Under the pieces are notes generated by a model. The model made no database searches. It was given only the letters and a program-made list of their open reading frames with translations, and was not told where the DNA came from. The position numbers were made by a program, and so were the translations under genes. DNA of 63,795 bases, filler included, from Klebsormidium nitens (Eukaryota; Plantae; Klebsormidiophyceae): the NCBI GenBank assembly GCA_000708835.1. It is 6 parts of 6 records of this genome, joined end to end, with 100 filler letters (N's around TTAATTAATTAA, not from the genome) between each part and the next. Parts side by side here need not be neighbours in the genome. Positions count along the whole stretch, not along the records: positions 31,533 to 38,298 come from DF238162.1; positions 38,399 to 44,287 come from DF238392.1; positions 44,388 to 56,517 come from DF238103.1; 3 more parts are not named here. One strand, 5' to 3'. Below are positions 36,301 through 45,123 of this stretch, in pieces. How positions within the stretch are numbered: the stretch's first letter is position 1; every line of letters starts with the position of its first letter.

Positions 36301-38016
36301 CGGTCGTGCCAGCTAAAGTTCAGAGAGCTTGCTGACACGGAGCCCCTGCGGTACGCCGTCGGATGCAGGGTCTGGACCAGCTCTGTACACCTCTGGGCCG
36401 TGTACGCGCTCACTGTCGTGGCGTTCTGGTACCGAAAGTGCTCGGGCCGGGTACGGGGGCGTCGAGGCTCGACTACCGCGTCCGGCAGGCTGGTCGGCAC
36501 TTGAATGATCTGGACGTGTTCGTCCAGCCAGGTGATGCATGCATCGGCGTACGGCTTGCTCTCGTCCAAGGGGATGAGGCGGCTGCGGGGGGTTGCGGGC
36601 TTTGAACAGTACGGGAGCCGGATCCCCCGGTTCCTGGTGTACACCGACTGGTCGATGAGCTCGGCGTACTGCGGGGGCAGGCGCCGGGCGAGCTCCCTGG
36701 CGAGGTGCCCCGCGCCCTGATGGTCGGCGGGTGCAGCTAGGTTGGAGTGGAAGACGAACTGGGGGGAGTGGGTCGAGACCACTAGGTGCAGGCTGAACTT
36801 GCCGCCGGGCCCGTAGTCACAGGGGAGCCAGTTGAAGGAATTGGGGGTTAGCTCGATGTCGTAGTCTTCTCGGAAGATGCTGATGGTGGCCGCCTCGAAC
36901 GCCTGGATAACCGTCTCCAGCGTCTCACCCTCCGGCAGCCCCCCGTTTCGCTCCAGGTCCAGGTAGGGTTTGCAGGGGCACCCGGCCTTGATGGCCTCTT
37001 CCAGATGCCGCTGCTTGCGCAGGAGAGGGTACGCTGTGGGCCAATTGGGATAGGAGCCGAACTCGCGAGAGGGACACAGACGTCGCACTTCCACCAGGTG
37101 GCCCAGGACTTCTCCGTACCGCCTGCAGCAGCCCTGCGGCCCATCTTTTGGATCCCGGTAGTCGATGGGCTCCCTCGTGAACTTGCGCTTTGCGAAGAAG
37201 AAGGTCCCCAGCAGCCTCGTTCTTGTCGTTAGCAGCCTGCCGTCATGCTCGCTGTGGACAGCGACTTCCCCTTCCCACAGCCGACGGAAGAAAGCCTCCT
37301 GCAGGGTTGAAAGAAAAGTGCGTTCAGATGACGAAAAAAGTGCGGCAAGTCTGCACTTAAGGAGACGTTATGAGGGATAAAGGCAAGCTCTAGTTCGAGA
37401 TGGCTATCGCAAAGGGAACGCCCGTCTCGGCCGAGCTGATACAAGACCTCTTCAAGCTCGACAGTAATGACCGAGAGACTTGCGAAAGAGCGAGGCTGGT
37501 CCTGGAAGCAGCCACAGAGGCGATAGAAAAGCTTCGTCTGANNNNNNNNNNNNNNNNNNNNTGGACGTGAAATCTGGACACTTACTTGCACGATCGGAGC
37601 CCTGTTCACAACATGAGGCTCGACGAGCTCTCCGACCGGGGCCTCCAAGAACTGCTGAGTCACGCCTTGTCCATCGCCTCCTGCCTGCGCACATGCACAC
37701 GATGATGTGTTCATGAAACCCAGAAGTGGAGAAACGAGCGCGTGCCACGGTCAATCGCGTTCTAGGCGCCCGGCGCTTCTCACACAAAGCAATGAGACCA
37801 GGCTTTCAACTCATGATTGGATGAAAGTGGGGACGATGCTCCTTGCCCCTCTCCATTGACTGCACACAAGCAACCGGTCCCAGAATGCTCTTTGAGAGGC
37901 AGCATGATGATGCTGCAGCTCACCGCGACAGACAGGCCTCCTATCCCGACCTCGATATCGACGGGCGCCTTCGAGCCCTCTCCAACCGAGATGGCCCCAC
38001 TACGTTCAGCGACCTC
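33304..38016 (-). pseudogene. AEP (PrimPol-type) primase + Zn finger + UL9-like SF2 origin-binding helicase fusion; spliced, with three +1 frameshifts
   Basis: Exons 38016-37924, 37298-35977, 35419-33304. AEP motifs KPYLDLER, KFSLHLVV, IDQSVYTRNRGIRLPYCSK and putative Zn finger CYSGNIH...AKC...CC. Helicase motifs IRSPMDTAKST (degenerate Walker A), FDLVILDESE, IISPTVEAGVDF, QMKGRVR. One-base insertions near 34880, 34250 and 33990 break the frame. Confidence 0.85.
35527..35888. repeat. Three tandem ~143-bp hairpin units inside the primase-helicase intron; a fourth copy at 33061-33130
   Basis: Arms CTGGTCCACACCTTGC / GCAAGGTGTGGGCCAG at 35527-35604, 35669-35745 and 35813-35888. Arms GACCACACCTTG / CAAGGTGTGGTC at 33061-33130. 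Confidence 0.85.
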
Positions 38017-38089
38017 CTGCAATCAAGCACCCAAGCAGGCATTGCTGTCACTTAGGGCAACGCTTTAGGCACTCAAAGGGCATCGAATC

Positions 38090-38298
38090 ATGGGCTACGA
38101 CACCAGATTCACCGGCCGCTTCACGTTTTCTCGACGCTTGACCGCTGAGGAAAGTGCGACTTTGGAAGCAGTGCACGACCACCGCCACCAAGACGACCTA
38201 GAGCTACCGTATGCAGCTGACGAAAAGCGCCCGGTCAAACTCGAGCGCGAGGTGACCAAGCCCTTGTATGTGGGGGAGGGTTTTGACTACTTCACGAA
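38090..38298 (+). CDS. Hypothetical protein, truncated by gap
   Basis: ATG ORF MGYDTRFTGRFTFSRRLTAEE... runs into the N gap. Protein-like composition; family not recognised with certainty. Confidence 0.35.
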
Positions 38299-38398
38299 NN
38301 NNNNNNNNNNNNNNNNNNNNNNNNNNNNNNNNNNNNNNNNNNTTAATTAATTAANNNNNNNNNNNNNNNNNNNNNNNNNNNNNNNNNNNNNNNNNNNN
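38299..38398. other. Assembly gap with TTAATTAATTAA linker
   Basis: 100-nt N run with internal linker. Confidence 0.98.
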
Positions 38399-38470
38399 GG
38401 ACAAGGATCTGGAAACTTGAGGATCCTGGAGCCGTCCCCATAAATGCGTCTTCGTGTCTTGCGTCTTACA

Positions 38471-40120
38471 GGGTGGTGTGGGCGGGTCGGGGGATACGTG
38501 TGCCACGTCAGTGAAATAAAGCCCGGGCCTCGCCATGTAGGCATCTGGCGGCCTTCTCGTTGACAGGACCGCCCCGCCGGACCGCCTCCTTGCGATGGAG
38601 ACTGGAGGCTCGAATGGACCGAGCAGGCCCGGCTGCTGCGCGCCAGCTCGCTACACTCTTTCAGTCTCGGCACCTGGAAGTGCCACCCGCCATACCCCGG
38701 CAAGTGTGCGCTCAAGTTCGACGCGGCCAGCCTGGGGCTCTACTTTTTCATGCCGGAGTTCCTCTGCACGCAGCTGGTCTTGAAGCTCCTCGAGGACTCT
38801 CTGTACGGGCACCGGTCTTTCGGGGAGGCCGGCCGAGGAGCGGGCGCGATACTTCAGGCCCAACGGGCTTGATTACGTGCAGAACGCTAACCGGCTGTGC
38901 TCGTTCCGGCTGGTGTGGCCCATCACGCAGAACCCGGACCTGGATATGGCGAACGGGCGGTCGCTGAAAGCCACTATGGTGCGATATACGGCATCTATTG
39001 CGGGGATGGACCCAACATGGTGGCACGCCAGTGGATGTGACCCGAGGCGCGTTATACCGACAGGGTCTTACAGTCGATCGCCAGTTTCGCTGGTCTCGAG
39101 GAGAGCAACGGTGGTGTGGCCGACATCGTACATCAGGCAGGCGGGCAGGGCTACGACGGTCAGAACCCTTCTTTCGCGCCGCAACTCGCTCACGAAGACA
39201 TCGAGAACGGTGTTCGGGTGCTGAGCTGGGCTCAGCAAGAGTCGCACGACCAAGGACAGACCTCCTCCTTGCTGACGCAGACCAGCATTCGCGACGTCGG
39301 CTTTGCGTATGAGATCACCTATCAATGGTACAATTTTGGTCCACAGTATGTAGATTTCATGGATCTACCCTGGAGCGGTTTTGATGCTGAAGTCGCGCCG
39401 CACACGGCAGAGGGCAATCCGGACGGCTCATGGTCCTGGACGGAGCACACCGATGGGTTTGAATACGAACCACGCGATCTGACCGCAGGGGGTGGGTGGG
39501 TCGCTTTCGCACGAGATCACGACGAGGACGGGTTGGCCGTAGGAATATAATTCGCTCCTCCACCATCTGCTTCGTGGTGCGGTGGTTACCGTTACGGACG
39601 GGTGAACGATCCGTCCGATGTGAGGACGTACATACTCGAGGTGATACATTGGGACCGATGCTTGACCGGAGGGCACATACTCGCGGGCAGCGGTGGCAAC
39701 TACTGGTTCCGCTACTACTTGAAAGTCGATATGGTGAAGAACATCGCCGAGGCTGCACAGCGAATCCAAGCCAATATTGGCAGAGGGACGATAGAGATCA
39801 CTTCAGAACATGTGCGATTGATCCTGGCTAAGGACCGGTTACCAGAAGGGACAGAGTTGAGTCGGGTTGATTGGTATGCGCTGGACAGATGTATCACGAA
39901 CAATTGCTTGCCCCCGTTTTTATTGCGAGGCAAGACCGACGGTGTGGTGAGGGTTGCGACCAGCCCATATGCTGCATCTGTGGTCGATACCGAGTACGTG
40001 GGATTCATGGGGTGGTGCATGCGAACCCCGGTACCAGAGATGGGTCACTGTGAGATGCTCAGCTCGATCTTGCTCGAGAACGAAAGTTTTCGACTGGTAG
40101 ACGCTTACGTGGTCGTATGA
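38471..40120 (+). pseudogene. Decayed ~540-codon aromatic/Gly-rich protein of unknown function
   Basis: ORFs 38560+, 38877+, 39116-39550 and 39602-40120 join into one reading frame once two frameshifts (near 38810 and 38970) and three in-frame stops (near 38560, near 39037 and TAA 39548-39550) are bypassed. A pyrimidine-rich CTTACAG acceptor precedes it at 38470. Confidence 0.6.
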
Positions 40121-40469
40121 AAGTACGAACGATGGACGATTGCGTCCTGATCGAGTAGCCAACTATAATTTTATATCTCGGATCGCCTGCTCCGGAACAT
40201 CCCAAGAGTAATGGGCTGTTGCGGAGCATAGTGGGCGTGAAGCTGAACGACCATTCATCGGCAGTAGATATTTTTTTCAGAGTGCCCTGCGCTCCAAGCT
40301 CGATAGAATCGCATTGCACACATTGACATAACCCATGCTCTGCGGGGCTCTGCCGAGCTTCATCGCTCTGTAAATGCCGTCGACTTGGTTTTGCAGGAGA
40401 TATCGATTGCCTAGCATTCAATCTATTAAACGCCTCCTCTTCTTTGTCTTCGATTTGGACTTGCTGCTT

Positions 40470-40968
40470 GCTGCAATGCCTGCTAAATAGCGCCCGGTGG
40501 GAGACGTGGACTTGGAGTTGGACTTGGAGTTGGACTTTTCAAACCGGGAGCCGCCGGTGCTGCAATGCCTGCGAAATAGCGCCCGGTGGGAGACTTGGAC
40601 TTGGACTTGGACTTGGACTTGGACTTGGACTTGGACTTGGACTTGGACTTGGACTTGGACTTGGACTTGGACTTTTCCAACCGGGAGCCGCCGGTACTGC
40701 AATGCCTGCTAAATAGCGCCCGATGGGAGACTTGGACTTGGACTTGGACTTGGACTGGGACTTTTCCAACCGGGAGCCGCGGGTGCTGCAATGCCTGCTA
40801 AATCGCGCCCCGGTGGGAGACTTGGACTTGGACTTGGACTTGGACTTGGACTTTTCCAACCGGAAGCCGCCGGTACTGCAATGCCTGCCAAATAGCGCCC
40901 GGTTGGAGACTTGGACTTGGACTTGGACTTGGACTTTTCCAACCGGGAGCCGCGGGTGCTGCAATGCC
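40470..40968. repeat. Composite tandem array: 59-bp palindromic constant unit alternating with (TTGGAC)n
   Basis: Constant unit TTTTCCAACCGGGAGCCGCCGGTGCTGCAATGCCTGCTAAATAGCGCCCGGTGGGAGAC, separated by hexamer tracts of n = 5, 13, 5, 5, 4. Confidence 0.95.
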
Positions 40969-41844
40969 ACGAAGAGCGGTAGTTCATGCCAAAAAGACAT
41001 GGATCCGTGCGGTGTGGTCGCAACGTCGGAAGCTATCGGATCAGCGGCAGATAGTAACAACACTGGGAGCGTTTCCTCGTAGAATTCGGAGTCCGTAACA
41101 TTTGATGTGCTCTTGCAGCGCCCTCTTTGGCGCGCCGCATGGCACGAGAGTAATCTCTGATGTATTCTTCCCACTTTCGTGAGAAAAGATCGTGGTCATA
41201 CTGGGACGATGGCGAAGTTCCGGTGCCATTATTGGGTCTTGCACGCGTGGTAAATCATCATACATGGCGATGTACGGAATCAGCGTTTGTACGAGAACTT
41301 TGTCGATTATATGCTGTGATAGTACCCCTCCATTTTTCAGCTTCCCCTTGCGAATGAGGATCCCCATCCGGGACTGAATAACGCAGCGAGAGAGCTTCAG
41401 GAGACCATCCTGGACAAGATCCTTTTCGAGAAGGATTTACAGGGTGCCGTCCAAGCGTGCCGTCAAAGGGCAAATTACGTGCTGGCCGGAAGGGTCGGGC
41501 TCGAGAACCTCACCCTGAGGCAACAATTTGAGGAGCACGTATGCGAACGACGCTCACGGTCATCTCTTTCCGCAATCGCAGCTCGGTCGCTTCCAGTTCG
41601 GTCATGCGCAGGCTTTGAGAGACTAAGGTACGTTCATGACCCTCCACCGTCAATCGCAGTTCGTTCTCCCTGCTTTCCGCCTCTCGTAGTCTACGATGTC
41701 ACATAGAAGCAAGACCTTATGTTCATCATGGCAATCGTAGCAATATGCTGCATTCGGCTTGCTTATCGCCGTTGATGCGCTCCTTCCGATTACTCGCACC
41801 TCGATCGAATCTTTCATGTTACTCGCTCGCGGCCTACGGCAGCA

Positions 41845-43107
41845 CTATTTGCCGCTCACTGGTGCGTTCATCACCCCACCGCTCTGAACCCTGACGAAGT
41901 ATTTGTTGATAGTGTTGTTATTCACAATCTGCGTTGTAGGGCCGGGCAGCAACGCCTTCAAGGCAGGCGAAGCCTCCAGTGCTCCGATCGACGTCCTCTC
42001 GCGCTTCCTCTTCTTTGCTTCGGGCACATCCAGCATGTGCTTCGTCGATAGATCACTCAGCCCGGTGTCGCTCCGGAAACGGATGAACTTGTCTCTCAGC
42101 TCCTTGAGGTCGTTGTAGGCCTTCCACGGGTTCAGGCACGCCCACTGGTCCTCTCGGTCGGTGAAGTATTTGAAGAACAAGTACTCGACATTCATCCGCT
42201 GGACCTGACCGTGCCCGTCGAACATGTCGGGGATAGTCATATTCTGTGGGATGCCCCGCAGATCCTTGTACTCCCTCGTGCTCGTCTGGAAGTCGAGCAG
42301 GGCTTGGTTGATGAGATTGTTGACCTTTGCGTAGTACGTGCTCAGGTCTTCGCCGGGGTATGCTGCGCTGCGAACAGCTATGTAGTCCTGTATCGCGTCG
42401 GTCTTGCCTCGGTACATCTTGATTCCGTCCTGTCTCAGGGTGTGCCAGTTCGTGGCGTTCGGGACATTGGGTGTTGGAGTGGTCTGCTGTTGCACCTCTT
42501 GGGCAGCGGCCACGGATTCCCCGGTGGTCAGGCCTCCTGTCAGATAGCGGAAGACCAGCTCCGAGACCTCCACGGCAAACTCGGCCGAGCACCACTGGGC
42601 GAGGTAGATTGCGAGCTTCGGGTGTACGAACGTCGCTTGCCCACCAGAACCTACGTGAACCAGCTGGTGCGAGAGATAGCCCGCCTTGCGAGACAATGCT
42701 TCGATGTAGGTGGTGGTGCCCTGAAGCCGTTTGAAGTCTGTGAACTTCTTCTCCACACCCTCGGCCAACGTCGCGCTCTGACACATCTTCGTCGCATTTA
42801 CAAAACCGTCGCTTAGTCGGAGCTCCGTGATGAGTTTCCCATCTTTTCCGGACAGGCTGTGAAAGAGGGCCTGTGCTCGTGCTCGATCTTCGGCCGTGAT
42901 TGTCGGAGCTCGTTCGAAGACGGGTTCGCGAGAGTCGCCGTCGAACTTGAAGAAGAATGCCCCATGTTTTGCCAAGCTCTTGGCACCTCTAGCTATCGTT
43001 GAATGAGGTACACCGGTTACCTCAGCAGCCTTGCGTGCGGTCGCATACGTCTGTCTAGAGCTTCCATCTGCAGCAATTGCCACGATAGGCCTCCCCGGGG
43101 GCGCCAT
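41845..43107 (-). CDS. KilA-N domain protein (420 aa) with N-terminal NUMOD1-like HTH and uncharacterised C-terminal domain
   Basis: YATARKAAEVTGVPHSTIAR (NUMOD1-like) and LRLSDGFVNATKMCQSA...KFTDFKRL...TFVHPKLAIYLAQWCSAEFAVEVSELV (KilA-N). Intact and intronless. Confidence 0.9.
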   Translation of the reverse strand: MAPPGRPIVAIAADGSSRQTYATARKAAEVTGVPHSTIARGAKSLAKHGAFFFKFDGDSREPVFERAPTITAEDRARAQALFHSLSGKDGKLITELRLSDGFVNATKMCQSATLAEGVEKKFTDFKRLQGTTTYIEALSRKAGYLSHQLVHVGSGGQATFVHPKLAIYLAQWCSAEFAVEVSELVFRYLTGGLTTGESVAAAQEVQQQTTPTPNVPNATNWHTLRQDGIKMYRGKTDAIQDYIAVRSAAYPGEDLSTYYAKVNNLINQALLDFQTSTREYKDLRGIPQNMTIPDMFDGHGQVQRMNVEYLFFKYFTDREDQWACLNPWKAYNDLKELRDKFIRFRSDTGLSDLSTKHMLDVPEAKKRKRERTSIGALEASPALKALLPGPTTQIVNNNTINKYFVRVQSGGVMNAPVSGK

Positions 43108-43567
43108 TGCTATTGACCGGATCTTGCCGACACCGATCCCTGAGCTTCCTTATGTGTGCACTCATGTTCGTACACAGGCAGAAGATGAGCGAACATCATA
43201 CGCTTTGCACCCAACGGTCTATGGAGTTTCAGTCCAAGCGCATGAGGATCCGTCGTTCCTCGGGCCGGAACAGACGCCGGTCCGCAATGCAAGGGGCAAA
43301 GGTGCACACATGCAAAAAGCAACGATCAATGATACTGAATGCCAAGCATTCCCGACAGGGGAATTATGATCAGCGTCGGACGTCGAAATTGGGTCCATAC
43401 ACCGAGTTGTCCTAAAGCCCTATATATCCTGAGCTTACACTTCGAGCTATTCACTGGGGCTTTCATCACCCCACTGCTCTGAATAGTTAAAAGGCATTTA
43501 TCGAATAACATTTGCAATACTTTTTTGCCGGTCTGACATTATTGCTTTGTGCAAGCGTCGGTCTGCT

Positions 43568-44287
43568 TTAACTTCGGTGGGAGCAATCTCCGGTGCTGGT
43601 GACCCCCGTCAAACGTCCAGCAAAAGACATCTCAATGCTCAGGCTCTGGCACAGTCGGCGTGCCTTGTTGATGCTGTCAATGATCTCGTTGGGGTCCTCC
43701 ACGTCTTTGACGGTGGAGAAGAGATGGATACGTTTGCGTTTGTTCTCAAAACTCAAGCCGTATGCTAATACTTGCCCCACGGCATGCTTGTACTGTCGAA
43801 AATGCTTGACCTCAATAATCTCGGAAGTGCTAACGATGTCCACAAAGCCATGCTCGCACTCCACTTTGGTCTCCGCACATAGCTCTCTCGCAAGTTGGTC
43901 GCAAACGACCGCTTCCTGACTCTTCGGACGCTTGTCGGCCTCCAGATTGAAAAGCGCCACATGCACCTCGGCGTCTAATCCCTGAATTTCCTTCCTAGCC
44001 CGTGCGAGCCATCCGGTTACATCGGAAGCGAACTTAGAGCTAATCCAACTTGCCAGATACACCGCTAGCTCTGGGTGTACGAACGTTGCTTCCCCGCCCG
44101 AACCCTTATGAACCAGCAGACTCGAATGAATCCCAACCCTGCTTGACAATGCTTCGATGTAGTTGGACGTTCCTTGAAGGCGATTAAAATCCGCAAACTT
44201 CTTCTCTATGCCCCCCTCCAATGTTGCGCTCTGGCACAGCCTAGTTGCGTTCACGTACCCATCGCTCAGACGCAGCTCCGTGATGAG
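43568..44287 (-). CDS. KilA-N + PD-(D/E)XK nuclease-like domain protein, 5' end lost in gap
   Basis: LRLSDGYVNATRLCQSA...TFVHPELAVYLASWIS followed by EAVVCDQL...ECEHGFVDIVSTSEIIEVK...KHAVGQVLAY. Confidence 0.85.
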   Translation of the reverse strand, partial: LITELRLSDGYVNATRLCQSATLEGGIEKKFADFNRLQGTSNYIEALSSRVGIHSSLLVHKGSGGEATFVHPELAVYLASWISSKFASDVTGWLARARKEIQGLDAEVHVALFNLEADKRPKSQEAVVCDQLARELCAETKVECEHGFVDIVSTSEIIEVKHFRQYKHAVGQVLAYGLSFENKRKRIHLFSTVKDVEDPNEIIDSINKARRLCQSLSIEMSFAGRLTGVTSTGDCSHRS

Positions 44288-44387
44288 NNNNNNNNNNNNN
44301 NNNNNNNNNNNNNNNNNNNNNNNNNNNNNNNTTAATTAATTAANNNNNNNNNNNNNNNNNNNNNNNNNNNNNNNNNNNNNNNNNNNN
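44288..44387. other. Assembly gap with TTAATTAATTAA linker
   Basis: 100-nt N run with internal linker. Confidence 0.98.
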
Positions 44388-45123
44388 TTTCCATTCCTAT
44401 GGAAAGCATCAAAGGTGGTGACCCTCAAAGTTTCAATCAGAGCAAAAACCAACGACCGTCCGATATGCGTATCTTGCTACTTTCGACGGCTGCAATGACC
44501 GCAATCTCCGTTAAAATTTGGAAGATCTCGCGTCAGGGGCCCTGGGGCGTTTTACCTCAAGATTCGCCCCTGGAAATCCCGACTGCAACAAACAGAATTC
44601 CCAGGCCCGACTTGCGCTTGCCGGTTGAAGTTCCTCCTTCAGCTGGCACCCCGGTAAGCTTACGTGGCGGTAGCCTGGCCCGGTTGTCCGGCCCGAGTCC
44701 GTTGAATGTAGCCTGGCGCCAGGGTGCAGGCAGCCATGCTGACCAGCTCTGCTGCGGGCGCAAATTGTCCTTGCTAATACAGAATGGCTGCAGGAGCGCA
44801 GCGCTGCATAATGCTTAATGCATGGCCTTTTGTGCCAAGTTTCGTGAGTTTCCCTAGCCGGTGCGCAGGAGGGACCCCATTAAGAATGCCAAAAGTGCAT
44901 GGCCACTGGATTCAGCATATTAACGGGGCAACGGAGATTGCGGGGTAGCCATTGGGTGCATACAATCCGTTGCAAATGTAGGGGACCTCTAGGGGATACG
45001 GAAGGAGAATTTAAAGCAAGCATGCCCCGCATCATACCGAGTTAAGTAGGTCTGCAAGTGGCGTGGGGCAAGGAAGTACTCTTTGGCAAGGCTGGCACTT
45101 CTCAAGTGGTCCCGTCATCCATC

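Larger units (their letters stand above)
31533..44287. mobile_element. Endogenous large-DNA-virus-like or plasmid-like segment (no capsid or integrase recognised)
   Basis: Cluster of HIRAN, AEP-UL9-like primase-helicase, two KilA-N genes, unknown ORFs and repeat arrays. Many genes are decayed. The segment is bounded and interrupted by assembly gaps. Confidence 0.7.

Noticed and set aside
40595-40672. (TTGGAC)13 as an interstitial telomere
   Set aside because: It does not match the TTTAGGG/TTAGGG-type repeats of green plants and is embedded in a composite unit.
40470-40968. CRISPR-like repeat-spacer appearance of the array
   Set aside because: The spacers are all the same TTGGAC microsatellite, the constant unit is 59 bp, no cas genes are present and the context is eukaryotic.
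40418-41082. ORFs with VQVQ, DLDL, WTWT, SKSK and SPSP dipeptide runs
   Set aside because: These are six-frame by-products of the hexamer array; the unit length shifts frame at every copy.
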